In this document: piece after piece, positions 1 through 12,367 of the stretch | Layout of the letters: every line of letters starts with the position of its first letter | Numbering within the stretch: the first letter of the stretch is position 1 | Source of the DNA: Desulfosarcina sp. | GTDB lineage: Bacteria; Desulfobacterota; Desulfobacteria; Desulfobacterales; JAFDCJ01 | Length of the DNA: 46,853 bases | Assembly (NCBI GenBank): GCA_029288035.1 | Contig: JARFPZ010000064.1 | Span: 1-46,853, forward strand | Direction of reading: 5' to 3' | Notes under the pieces: generated by a model | The model's database searches: none | Told to the model about the DNA's origin: nothing | The model's input: the letters and a program-made list of their open reading frames with translations, nothing else | Program-made: the position numbers and the translations under genes

Positions 1-4
1 GCTT

Positions 5-73
5 TGTTGGGTTTCGTTGCACTCAACCCAACCTACCTTTTGCCGGTGTTATTGCGAAAGGCGAAACCCAACA
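5..73. repeat. GTAG-type REP-like palindrome
   Basis: 6-36 reverse-complements to GTAGGTTGGGTTGAGTGCAACGAAACCCAAC (GTAG tetranucleotide plus imperfect hairpin). TGTTGGGTTTCG (5-16) is inverted at 62-73 (CGAAACCCAACA). Confidence 0.7.
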
Positions 74-554
74 ACGGCCGATTTCCAAACCGAGCCCCAA
101 AAGTTTCAATACAGAGAGTTTTTGGCTTTTCTCTGCGCACGCTGTGAGTTCTACTCAGAGATTAAATGGCCCAATTAAGGCCATGAACAAAAATATAAAA
201 TTTCTATTGACAAAACCGAACTGCACCCGTTAGTAAAACTGATCAGCCGATTCGCTGATTTCAGTCACAGTCATTGCCAAAAAAGAAGATCAGACGTTCA
301 AAACTTAACTTTCTCCGGTTGCCGGCCTGAATCGTCATTTGACGCGAAGGATATACAAGGCCACAAAATTTCTTTCCAACAACAATCAGCTGCAAAAGAA
401 AATAGGGGCTTCGCCCCAATTTCCAGTATCGAGCATCTTTTTGCACATCGGTTAACATGCTTGCAACTAAATAAATTGTTCGTTTGAGAATCTGAGGACT
501 AATTGGGGTTGGTCTTTAGAATTCACCTTAACCAATAATGAAAGGAGGTTCATC

Positions 555-2177
555 ATGAAGCGTGTTTTTTTATTATTCATTGCCGTGCTGCTGAGCAGTA
601 TTTTTATCGGCAGCAGCACGTATGCCGATGTGACGGTCACATCAGCCAACGGAGATGTGATCACCTTCACCGATGAAGAAATCGGCAGCATTGCTGCCGG
701 TGGCAAGCAACCATTTAAGGGTAAAGAAGTCACCATCACAGTCAACACCGGCGGCCCCAAAGGCGGAATTTCAGGCCCGTTGTTTGAGTGGCGTGACGCC
801 TGGGAAAAACTGACCGGGGCAAAGCTGAACATCGTCGAAATCCCCATTGCAGAGCAATTCCAAAAAGTGATGATCGATCTGCAAACCGGTGCCGGAAACT
901 ATGACGCCTGTATGCCGGCCGCATCCTGGTACGGTGACCTGGTTACGGGAGGGTTCGCGTTCTCACCGGATGCATTTTATGATGATCCTCGCTTTCCGAA
1001 GTGGCATCGCGAGTATCTCCCTGAATCTCTAGTCAATTTGCATACCTGGCAAGGAAAATGGTATGGGGTTCCCAATGACAGTGACGGCCAGGTCCTGTAT
1101 TACCGTAAGGATATCTTGACTGATCCCGAGTGGCAAAAAGCCTTCAAAGCCGACCTGGGATATGATCTGCCGGTACCACCCAAAACCTGGGATCAGGTCT
1201 ATGATATTGCTAATTTCTTCAACAACAAAGATTGGGATCGCGACGGGAAGGTCGAAAAAGATTCCGGCATTGCCCTGCATTTCCAAGTGCACAACCAGGG
1301 GATGTACCATTTTGTCTCGCTTTCGGCCGCGTTTACCGTCCTGCCCGGTGACAAGGTGGATAAATGTCATAATGTCTATTGGTTTGATCCCGACACCATG
1401 AAGCCATTAATCAATGAACCGGGACATGTGCGGGCCCTGGAGTTTTTAATCAAACTGACCAAAACCGGACCGGCCGCTGCGATTGCCTGGGATCTTGGCA
1501 CCGCTTGGGATTATTTCCTGCGGGGGGATGCGATCTTCACGTTTTCCTGGGGGGATGTCGGGTCATTGGTGCAAGATGAGAGTCGATCGAAAATGAAAGG
1601 TAAAATGGGTGCCTCGGTGCTGCCGGGATCTTATGAAGTTTATGACCGTTGCAAGGAATCGTTTGTCAAATTGGATAAGCCCAATGTCATTGGCAATACC
1701 ACCGGTGGCTCCTGGCATGGCGTCATTTTGAGCAGCGCCAAAGACAAAGGTGTTGAAGAAGCGATTTATCATCTGCTGGCCTTTCATGCAACGCCGAAAA
1801 TCAGTATGTGGAACGTCACCCGCGGATGGACGGGGGTCGACCCGGGTTGGACCTTGCACTATCTGAAAGAGCAGGGCGGAATGTCGACCATCGAAGATTA
1901 CGTGGCGCAAGGGTGGAATGCCAATGACGTTGCCGATTATACGCAAGCCTATCATGATACCTTCTTTGCGGAGACGGTCCAGTCCTACATCCGAATTCCC
2001 GGTGGCGAAGAATTCTGGTATAAGCTTGATGAACATCTCTCCGAAGCCATTTCGGGTCAGGTTGGCGCCAAAGAGGCACTGGATCGGACCGCCAAAGACT
2101 GGAATGATATCAACAAACGCTTCGGGATGAAAGAGCAGCTGAAGTTCTATCAGCAATCCATCGGCTATCAACCGTAA
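555..2177 (+). CDS. Carbohydrate ABC transporter (CUT1) substrate-binding protein
   Basis: AAGGAGG RBS, signal peptide, LYYRKDIL and PPKTWDQ motifs of SBP_bac_1/8; first gene of an SBP-permease-permease-ATPase operon. Confidence 0.9.
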   Translation: MKRVFLLFIAVLLSSIFIGSSTYADVTVTSANGDVITFTDEEIGSIAAGGKQPFKGKEVTITVNTGGPKGGISGPLFEWRDAWEKLTGAKLNIVEIPIAEQFQKVMIDLQTGAGNYDACMPAASWYGDLVTGGFAFSPDAFYDDPRFPKWHREYLPESLVNLHTWQGKWYGVPNDSDGQVLYYRKDILTDPEWQKAFKADLGYDLPVPPKTWDQVYDIANFFNNKDWDRDGKVEKDSGIALHFQVHNQGMYHFVSLSAAFTVLPGDKVDKCHNVYWFDPDTMKPLINEPGHVRALEFLIKLTKTGPAAAIAWDLGTAWDYFLRGDAIFTFSWGDVGSLVQDESRSKMKGKMGASVLPGSYEVYDRCKESFVKLDKPNVIGNTTGGSWHGVILSSAKDKGVEEAIYHLLAFHATPKISMWNVTRGWTGVDPGWTLHYLKEQGGMSTIEDYVAQGWNANDVADYTQAYHDTFFAETVQSYIRIPGGEEFWYKLDEHLSEAISGQVGAKEALDRTAKDWNDINKRFGMKEQLKFYQQSIGYQP

Positions 2178-2186
2178 TTAATTGCG

Positions 2187-2221
2187 CAACCCTCAACGGC
2201 TTTCAAGACCGTTGAGGGTTG
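2187..2221 (+). terminator. 13-bp perfect stem-loop after the SBP gene (mRNA stabiliser or partial terminator)
   Basis: CAACCCTCAACGG ... CCGTTGAGGGTTG with a 9-nt loop and no U-tract; typical position in ABC operons. Confidence 0.7.
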
Positions 2222-2241
2222 AAAGACGGACTGAGCCTATT

Positions 2242-3447
2242 TTGAAAAAATCCATCGCTTTACTATTTAAAGCAGCCCCTGGAGACGTCCTGGGGTTGGG
2301 ACTGCTTTTTCTGAGCGCCGGTGTCGCCGGGCTGATCTATGGGCTCACCACCGGCATGTCTTTCCTGCTGGCGGCAGTGACCCTGTATCTGCTCATTGCG
2401 GGCCACGGCCTATGTCTGTTGCGACACTGGTCCTGGCTTATTACGCTGTGCGGGTTATCGGTTACGATCCTTTTCAGTATCCTGGGACTCATACAAGGAT
2501 CGCTGCACCCCGGCATTGCCATCCTTGTCTGGGTGATCGCCGGAGGTCTGATCTGGTATTATACCGGCGATCGGATTAGGAAGGCATTCAGGGTTACGGG
2601 CAAAGATGTAAAATTTCTCTTTGTCCTGCCGGCTGCTACCTGGGTCTTGTTGTTCACCGTATTTCCCTTTCTCTACGGCGTCAGAACAAGCTTTTTCAGG
2701 GTGTAGATCGGACGGGGGGATCGGTTTATCTGGTTCGAGAATTTTGTACGTTTTTTTACGGATTACAAAATTTACAATACGGTTAAAGTCACCCTGATCT
2801 TTATCATTATCACGGTGGTTGTCGAAATTGTACTGGGTTTGCTGATCGCACTGCTGTTCAATCAGAAAGTCAAAGGATTAAAGGCCTATCGAACCATTTT
2901 GCTGATGCCGCTGTTTGCCACGCCCGTTGCGATCGGGTTTTTGTTCCTGACAATTTTTTATGAGGAGGGTGGCCCGATCAACGGATTTTTGATCCCCTTG
3001 GGATACAAAATCCCCTGGCTTTCTGATCCGACCTGGGCTCTGATTTCCATCATGCTGGTCGACATCTGGCAATGGACGCCGTTTTGCTTTTTGGTTATCC
3101 TGGCCGGTTTACAATCATTGCCGCAAGAAATCTATCAAGCCGCCTCTCTGGATTACTCACCGGGATGGCGGTTATTTCGCCGTGTGACGCTGCCCATGCT
3201 TCAGCCCGTTTTGATCATTGTTTTTCTGCTGCGCTTGATTGAAGCCTGCAAGATATTTGACATACCTTCCAGGCTGACCCGGGGTGGACCCGGAACATCT
3301 ACCATGGTCTATTCATTTTTTACGTATCTTACCGGCATGAAATATTTCGATCTCGGCTATGCCTCCGTCCAGGGTTTTGTATTGCTCGTGGCCATGATGA
3401 TTATTGTGATATTTTTCTTTAAACGAATGCGGGACATCTATAGATAA
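2242..3447 (+). CDS. Carbohydrate ABC permease (MalF/UgpA-like) with extra N-terminal TM domain, interrupted by one in-frame TAG at 2704-2706
   Basis: ORFs 2182-2706 and 2815-3447 share a frame. The gap reads FFRV*IGRGDRFIWFENFVRFFTDYKIYNTVKVTLIF, the usual loop after TM1. EAA-like loop EIYQAASLDY. TTG start at 2242 chosen because 2187-2221 is a hairpin. Confidence 0.85.
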
Positions 3448-3448
3448 G

Positions 3449-4297
3449 ATGAAAAAGAAGAGATGGTTGGGCAAACGTATTCTGCTCGGTATTGCCATTG
3501 CCCTCTGCATCGCGTGGGCGACGTTTCCGTTTTACTGGGCGATCACCACTTCCCTGAGAAAGCCGGCGGAGACATTCACCGTCGCCGGACTGGCGATTCC
3601 ATTTCTGCAATTTAAGCCGACCTTGGAGAATTGGGCGGCCGAATTGAAGGTGCCTGAAAACCTGAAAGCGGTGAAAAACAGTGCTATCATCGCCGTTACC
3701 AGTGCGATCCTAGCCACCATGCTGGGGACCATGGCGGGTTATGGATTGGCTCGCTTTCAATTTTATAAAATTAAAAATCCGGATATCACCATTTGGTTTC
3801 TTTCCCAGCGGGTGTTGCCGCCGGTGGTAGTTGCCATACCGTTTTTTCTGCTTGCCAGGCAATTCAACGCGCTGGATAAAGTCTCCACCCTGATCGTGCT
3901 GAACACAACCTTCAATCTCCCCTTTGCCGTTATTATTATGAGTCAGTTGTTCAAGGAACTTCCGATTGAGCTTGAACAGGCGGCCATGGTCGACGGTTAT
4001 TCCAGGATCGGGGCATTCTTTAAAGTTGCCCTGCCGTTGTCTGCCCCGGGATTGGTGGCCACGGGAATTATCTGTCTGGCATTTGCCTGGAATGAGTTCA
4101 TGTTCGCCCTGATTATTGCCCAGCGAAACGCAATTACCTTACCCTATATTATTTCGGGCGCATCGGATACCCGGGGCATCCAGTTTTGGTTCATTGCCAC
4201 GCGGGCGCTGATGGCCATGGTGCCCCCGACGATCTTGGCGCTCACGGTTCAAAAATTCATTGTCCGGGGCTTGACGTTCGGCGCTGTGAAGGGATGA
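3449..4297 (+). CDS. Carbohydrate ABC permease (MalG-like)
   Basis: ELEQAAMVDG EAA motif, FAWNEFMFAL, C-terminal KFIVRGLTFGAVKG. Confidence 0.93.
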   Translation: MKKKRWLGKRILLGIAIALCIAWATFPFYWAITTSLRKPAETFTVAGLAIPFLQFKPTLENWAAELKVPENLKAVKNSAIIAVTSAILATMLGTMAGYGLARFQFYKIKNPDITIWFLSQRVLPPVVVAIPFFLLARQFNALDKVSTLIVLNTTFNLPFAVIIMSQLFKELPIELEQAAMVDGYSRIGAFFKVALPLSAPGLVATGIICLAFAWNEFMFALIIAQRNAITLPYIISGASDTRGIQFWFIATRALMAMVPPTILALTVQKFIVRGLTFGAVKG

Positions 4298-4298
4298 T

Positions 4299-5423
4299 AT
4301 GGCAGAAGTCGTCTTAAAAGATATTTATAAAGAATACGTCGAAGGAATTCCCGTTGTCCAGGAATTCAACCTGGAGATTCAGGATAAAGAATTTGTGGTG
4401 TTTCTGGGCCCATCGGGGTGCGGTAAAACCACTACCCTGAAAATGATCGCCGGTCTTGAAGATATCACCCGCGGAGAAATTTATATAGACGGCAAGCTGG
4501 TCAATGATGTGGCCCCGAAAGACCGAGACATTGCCATGGTGTTTCAGAGTTATGCCCTCTATCCCCATTTAACCGTGTTTGAGAACATGGCCTTTAGCCT
4601 GCGGGCCCGGAAATTTCCACAAGACGAGATCAAAGAGCGGGTTGAACGGACGGCCGAACTACTGAGAATCCGGGATTTGCTGGATCGTCGACCGCGGTTT
4701 CTATCTGGCGGCCAGCGCCAACGGGTTGCACTAGGCAGGGCGATCGTCAGAAAACCGAAAGTTTTTTTGATGGACGAACCCTTAAGTAACCTGGATGCAA
4801 AACTGCGAGTTCACATGCGGTTCGAATTGAACAAGATCCACCGGGAACTTGAGGCGACCATCATTTATGTGACGCATGATCAGATCGAAGCCTTGACCCT
4901 GGGCGACCGGCTGGTTTTGATGAAAGACGGCATCGTCCAGCAGATCGGTGACCCGCGTACGATGTATAATCGCCCGGCCAATGTGTTTGTCGCCGGTTTT
5001 ATCGGGAGCCCGTCCATGAACTTTCTCGACGGCAAACTCGATGCCGAGAACGGATCCCTCTGGCTGGACCTGGATGCTTTCCGTCTTCAAGTTCCCCCGG
5101 CAGCGAAAGCACTGGATGACTACATCGACAAAAACATCATTGTCGGCTTTCGCCCGGAAGATATTAGTGATAAAGACCGCGCCGGGTTTGCCTCTACGGG
5201 CAACGTGATGACCGCGCGAATTGATGTGATCGAACCGATTGGTTCTGAAGAACTGCTCTACGTTTCAGCCGGAAAGCACACCTTTGTTGCTGAAATACAG
5301 GAAATCAGCGGGGGGACTTCTAAAAAACGCGCCCTGGTCGAAAAAGAAATTGAACTTGCTTTTAACATGGATAAACTCCACCTCTTCGACCCGGAAACCG
5401 AAAATGCGATTTTAAATCCCTGA
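4299..5423 (+). CDS. ABC transporter ATP-binding protein, MalK/UgpC family
   Basis: GPSGCGKT Walker A, LSGGQRQR signature, MDEPLSNLDAKLR, C-terminal TOBE-like region. Confidence 0.96.
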   Translation: MAEVVLKDIYKEYVEGIPVVQEFNLEIQDKEFVVFLGPSGCGKTTTLKMIAGLEDITRGEIYIDGKLVNDVAPKDRDIAMVFQSYALYPHLTVFENMAFSLRARKFPQDEIKERVERTAELLRIRDLLDRRPRFLSGGQRQRVALGRAIVRKPKVFLMDEPLSNLDAKLRVHMRFELNKIHRELEATIIYVTHDQIEALTLGDRLVLMKDGIVQQIGDPRTMYNRPANVFVAGFIGSPSMNFLDGKLDAENGSLWLDLDAFRLQVPPAAKALDDYIDKNIIVGFRPEDISDKDRAGFASTGNVMTARIDVIEPIGSEELLYVSAGKHTFVAEIQEISGGTSKKRALVEKEIELAFNMDKLHLFDPETENAILNP

Positions 5424-5430
5424 TATGACC

Positions 5431-6456
5431 TTATCGGCAGGCCTTCGCAGTCTCCACCATGGCCTGGATATTTTCCGGTGGACAGATGGCCGGTAAAATA
5501 CACCCTCCACTTACCAACAGCCCCCCGTCTCGACCGGCCTTATCGATTACCTCCCGGGTTGCCTCTTTCACATCCTCAGGGCTGCCCATCGCCAGGAGAC
5601 TCGTGCTGACATTGCCCATCAGGCAGTATCGCGGCCCCAATAAATTTCGCGCTGCTTCGAAATCAACCCCTTCATCGAGACTCAAGCCGTTCACCCCGGT
5701 TTCGGCAAAACTTTCAAGCCGGTCCGAATTGTCTCCGCAAACATGCATGATGATTTTGATGCCGGTGGGCTTGACGAGGTTGACCAGGCGGGCGGTCATT
5801 GGCTTCCCCCATTCTTCCCAATGTTTTTTGGAGATGGCATCCCCGGAACTACTCGGGTCGGAGACAAAAAGAATATCTACTCCCGTGCTGATAATGGCCA
5901 CCGCATATACAATGAGGCTGCTGAGCGCGATGTCGCAAAGTTTCCGAAGGGATTCACGCGCCTTGTACAAATCCCGCATGGCGTTCTCGGAACCGCGCAG
6001 CATGGAAACATGCCTGAAGGGGGCCTGTATGTAACCGATAACCGGGACCTGGTGCTGAAATCGATTTTTCAGTCGCCGCATTCCCTCCAAGATCAGGCTC
6101 AGCCTTTGATTCTGATGGGGATCGAACAGCTTCAGGCGCGACAAATCGGTTTCATAGTTCTGTACGGCGGGGATTTCCACTGACGGCGGATGCCCACGTG
6201 AGATTTTGAGCACCGATCCCATGGCCTCGGATTCGGAATGACAGGCGAACATATCCCAAACGCAGTCGTAGCCGAACTTATCGACGGCATAGGTTTGGGC
6301 ATAGACATGCCTTTCAACGCTTTCAAGCTCATCGATCAAGTCAAAACCGGCCTGTTGGCTGCACCACTCTCGTGCCATCGGTACAACAGGCGGATAGTCG
6401 GGCCGTTTGCCGTTCAACACACCCATAACCCTTTCGTAGGCATTCATATGATCCAT
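5431..6456 (-). CDS. UroD/MtaA-CmuA family Zn-dependent methyltransferase-like protein
   Basis: ESEAMGS, HVCG (HxC Zn ligands), LMGNV and GGCILP...PENIQAM motifs of methylcobamide:CoM methyltransferase-like proteins. Confidence 0.85.
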   Translation of the reverse strand: MDHMNAYERVMGVLNGKRPDYPPVVPMAREWCSQQAGFDLIDELESVERHVYAQTYAVDKFGYDCVWDMFACHSESEAMGSVLKISRGHPPSVEIPAVQNYETDLSRLKLFDPHQNQRLSLILEGMRRLKNRFQHQVPVIGYIQAPFRHVSMLRGSENAMRDLYKARESLRKLCDIALSSLIVYAVAIISTGVDILFVSDPSSSGDAISKKHWEEWGKPMTARLVNLVKPTGIKIIMHVCGDNSDRLESFAETGVNGLSLDEGVDFEAARNLLGPRYCLMGNVSTSLLAMGSPEDVKEATREVIDKAGRDGGLLVSGGCILPAICPPENIQAMVETAKACR

Positions 6457-6548
6457 GGTATTTCCCTTCTCAGGTCGACCCTTTTCTTTTATCTAGAGGC
6501 CTGTAAAAATAATGACAGGTTTCATAGCGTTGGTGATACAAGTATATA

Positions 6549-7127
6549 TTAATCGAAGATATTACCAATGTTTCCGGAAATCTTTTTTAAAAAATTTCTG
6601 CGGGCTTCGTTGGTAACTGAAATTTCTTTATAGCGTCTGCTGTTGTTAATGGCAACAGCGACCATACGGGCGGCCAGGTTCAGTAATTCAAGATCGTCGG
6701 TTGTGAAATCCCCTGTTGTTTTGTTTAATGATTGAAGTGTGCCTAAACAATGATCCTTGTAACCAATTAGGGGCGTACAGACCAGATTACGCGTATGAAA
6801 ACGTGTCATGTCATCCACCTTACTGTAGAAACGGCTGTCTTCATAGGCATCATTAACAATAGCAGGCTCGCTGTTTACAAACACCCATCCAGCCACACCG
6901 CACGATTTTGGAATGCGGATTTCATTTCTCTCAAGATCAAGTGAGGAAAAGATGGTAAGTTTTTGATTCCAATGTTGAAATAACCATATCGAGGACCTTT
7001 CGGAATCCATAAATTGGTTGAGGTAGTACATGGAAACTGAAAGCATCGTATCTATGTTGCCCTCCAAATCGAAAAGCTGCGACAGTTCCTTTGCCAGACA
7101 ATAAGATCGTGTCATGCTTTCTTTCAT
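6549..7127 (-). CDS. Stand-alone GAF domain protein
   Basis: GVAGWV...VNDAYEDSRF...VD...TRNLVCTPL...GTLQSLNK...FTTDD (NKFDE-type GAF); GAGGAAGG RBS. Confidence 0.9.
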   Translation of the reverse strand: MKESMTRSYCLAKELSQLFDLEGNIDTMLSVSMYYLNQFMDSERSSIWLFQHWNQKLTIFSSLDLERNEIRIPKSCGVAGWVFVNSEPAIVNDAYEDSRFYSKVDDMTRFHTRNLVCTPLIGYKDHCLGTLQSLNKTTGDFTTDDLELLNLAARMVAVAINNSRRYKEISVTNEARRNFLKKISGNIGNIFD

Positions 7128-7617
7128 TTTTCCTTCCTCGCTAAAGAAGTTCCAAATATAAGCATGGGTTCATGACTATACCGATACGCTTCTGGACTAG
7201 ATAAACATCAGGTTGAAGGCAATCTTTACTTGGCCATTTTTTAATTCGGCGACCAATACCATTTATTATAGTTAACAGGAGTTTTGGGTAAATGATGGAA
7301 TCTCTCCGAAGGCCCTAATATCAATCACGTATCGCATAAATTGAGAATACACTCAGCAATCCACGCCTCTCATAATTGCGATGCCTAGTAAGTGTTTTAT
7401 CCTTTGTCCTTTATCCAACTTGCCAAAATTAGGAATCAAAGCGAATTACAAGTTATATTAGGATATCAAAAGCAAAAACCCCATCTCCAATATCGGAAAC
7501 AGGGTCATATAATCCATTCATATGCTCTCCCTCTTGATTAAAGGTTGAACCCAGCAATTGTATATTTCTGCAACAATGGCACACTTTGTATGAAAAATCA
7601 AGCAGATGAAAAATATT

Positions 7618-7814
7618 GAGATTTGCGGGAGATTTGCGGGACGTCCATAAAATAATAAATAATTTTCTATGTAAAATTAATCGCCACTAATTTGATTGTT
7701 TAAAAGCACATTTTTGGAGGTGAGATATCATAGAAATTTTGTTTGGTTGTTTTTGTTATTTATTTATGTATTTATGGATGTCCCTAAAATTCCTAAAATT
7801 CCCTAAAATTCCCC
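7618..7814. mobile_element. Miniature inverted-repeat element (REPIN/MITE-like, probably RAYT-derived)
   Basis: GGGACGTCCATAAA (7638-7651) is inverted at TTTATGGATGTCCC (7771-7784, 1 mismatch). AT-rich core; outer flanks are tandem repeats GAGATTTGCGG x2 and TAAAATTCC(C) x3. Confidence 0.6.
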
Positions 7815-7854
7815 AATAGTTTAGACCGGTTTTAAAATGACCTTGAAATAAATG

Positions 7855-10113
<2,259 letters not shown>

Positions 10114-10754
10114 TTATTCTAAATAAAGATTTAAACGTTTTCAAAGCGGCTGAATCGAAGAACGGGAATTTGTAACGGTTCCCGCGGCCGTCTTCGCTGA
10201 AGCTATGCTGCGACAAGGCAGCACAACATATCGATTCCTCAATGAAACGCAATCTTTAACCAATCGGATACCGAAATCGGACGCTATTGTCAACATTGAT
10301 TTTTGCGCAAAGATTGAATTTTACGATCAATTCGAGCATAGCTCACCGCCAATGTCTGCAGCCAATTCGTCTTCAGTCGGATGCGGAGATTAGGAAACAA
10401 CTTGCTGTCAGCATAGAATATCTGGAAACTTTTCACCAACGTCCCACTGTTTTCACTCGCTCGGATGCTTGACTGGAATCGACGATAACTGCATTTTGAG
10501 ATCGAAACTGAATATGTATCTGATAATTCACAGACAACCTACTTTGCCGATGTTGCGGGCACTGTCTGGGATTTATTATTGACCTCCAGATAAGACGACC
10601 GACGAAAATATCGATCTTGACAACTAAACCCACCTACGATAATCGGTTGACAGCTCTTTTCGTCTATTAAAGGTTCAGTATATTTAGTTGCTCCAGTACA
10701 GATACACAATTCATACATATACTTTGCCCGCTTTTAAAAAGCGGATTTTTCTCT

Positions 10755-11963
10755 ATGAAAAATTCTGATCAAAAACTATCGATGCATGACCGAGTCCAGG
10801 CTGTGCTCCAGGGTAAGCAACCTGATCGTCTGCCGTTCATCGACCGAATGGAAATCTGGTACCAGAGCAAATGTTCGTCAGGCAGCCTGCCGGCAAAATA
10901 CCAGGAAATGTCTTTGAATGATATTCATCAAAGCGTCGGTATCGGCCGACAAAAGTTTACGGCGCCGTACGCCTTCAAGTTACGCAACATCGAAGTTGTG
11001 CGTACCTTCGAAAACGAGATCATTTTTCGTGATTTCGAGCCGGTCACCGAATACTTTCCAGCGCAATGGGCACCGGATCAGATTCCTCGTGACAAAGCGG
11101 GAACGACTACCATTGAATATGTCGCGCCGGTTGGAAATCTGAGTATCGCCTATGAAGTTGCCGAAAGCATGGTTGCCATGGGCGGTGTGGAACCTTATCT
11201 AACCCACCATCTGATTAAAGCGGAAGAAGATTATCGAACCGCCGAGTACATCATCGAACACACGGAGATAGTCCCGCAGTTCGATAAAATACGTGAAGAC
11301 CAATGTGAATTGGGAGATAATGGATTCGTGGTTCCTTGTCTTCATCGGATCCCATTTCAACAGGCCTTACTTGAATATTTGGGTGAAGTACCCCTGTTTA
11401 CGGCACTCTACGACAGCCCACAGCAGCTGAACCGGCTGCTCCACCTATTGGATCTGCAGCTCATGGAAATCCTTCGTCAGATGGCCGATTTGCCCTCAAT
11501 TTATGTGGAGTTCGGAGATAATCTGGACGGGACGATGACCAATCCGAAACTTTTTAAGGAATATAGCTTGCCGTACTACCAAAAATATACAGACATTCTG
11601 CATGGGCAGGGCAAAAAAGTCGGCAGCCACACCGACGGTAATGTCAAACCGTTACTGAGTTTGCTGGCACAGTCCGGTTTGGATGTTTGTGAATCCTTTT
11701 CGCCGGCACCGCTGACCGAGTGTACCTTTGAGGAGGCCTGGGAAACCTGGCGACATGGCCCCTTGATCTGGGGAGGCGTTCCATCGCCCATTTTAGAAAA
11801 AAGAACGAGTGAATCGGAGTTCCGGGATTACATCCATCGGCTTTTAGAGATCATCGAAAACCGTAACATTATATTGGGTGTGGGAGATATGGTTTTAGGT
11901 AACAACCTGATAGAACGCGTCGAATACATTGCAAAGGAAGTTGAGCACCACCGGCTGGTTTGA
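10755..11963 (+). CDS. Uroporphyrinogen decarboxylase (UroD/CIMS)-like family protein of unknown function
   Basis: DRVQAVLQGKQPDRLP N-terminus, FGDNLDG, SHTDG, IWGGVP motifs. Confidence 0.8.
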   Translation: MKNSDQKLSMHDRVQAVLQGKQPDRLPFIDRMEIWYQSKCSSGSLPAKYQEMSLNDIHQSVGIGRQKFTAPYAFKLRNIEVVRTFENEIIFRDFEPVTEYFPAQWAPDQIPRDKAGTTTIEYVAPVGNLSIAYEVAESMVAMGGVEPYLTHHLIKAEEDYRTAEYIIEHTEIVPQFDKIREDQCELGDNGFVVPCLHRIPFQQALLEYLGEVPLFTALYDSPQQLNRLLHLLDLQLMEILRQMADLPSIYVEFGDNLDGTMTNPKLFKEYSLPYYQKYTDILHGQGKKVGSHTDGNVKPLLSLLAQSGLDVCESFSPAPLTECTFEEAWETWRHGPLIWGGVPSPILEKRTSESEFRDYIHRLLEIIENRNIILGVGDMVLGNNLIERVEYIAKEVEHHRLV

Positions 11964-12034
11964 AATCCACCATCCGCTTCCAGCGCTGCTCCCGTTAAAA
12001 GCCAAGCCCGTATCTTGCAGTGGGATATATATAT

Positions 12035-12306
12035 AACCTTGTTAATTAAATCGACGTATTAACTTTTCCGTTTTTTGATTTTTGATATGGCAGATTTGGA
12101 AACATCTAGCCACCTGGGAAGTTCAGCTAAAGCAGCCCCTTGTGTCCTCACCAAACCAATCACCATCCGAGCTCTGTGAAAATCGACGACATGATGCACG
12201 GATACAGTGGCGTCCAACCGATTTCGACGTGCCATCGTATCCCTCGCATTTAAAAATTTTTGTCAGCTACAAAGAGTATTTAAGTTTATTCAGTCAACAA
12301 CGTCCC
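12035..12306 (-). mobile_element. Internally deleted RAYT/IS200-like (Y1) transposon carrying a 58-aa mini-ORF (12235-12059)
   Basis: Mini-ORF MARRNRLDATVSVHHVVDFHRARMVIGLVRTQGAALAELPRWLDVSKSAISKIKKRKS resembles a RAYT N-terminus fused to its C-terminal HTH. GAGGG RBS. End GGGACGTTGTTGAC (12306-12293) has a degenerate inverted copy near 12035-12056. Confidence 0.65.
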
Positions 12307-12367
12307 CAAGTTACACCTCAGCTACAAGTTATTTCAGGGCTGGATAACCTGTAGCCCGCCTTTCTTC

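Noticed and set aside
7200-7525. RBS plus ATG (MNGLYDPV...) upstream of the GAF gene
   Set aside because: Stops after 22 codons and other frames are interrupted; no recognisable family.
7618-7814. CRISPR array
   Set aside because: Repeats are 9-11 bp and contiguous with no spacers; no cas genes. No CRISPR-like periodicity was seen anywhere in the window.
10205-10633. Short ORFs between icd and the UroD-like gene
   Set aside because: No RBS or recognisable motif; may be a decayed gene but cannot be identified.
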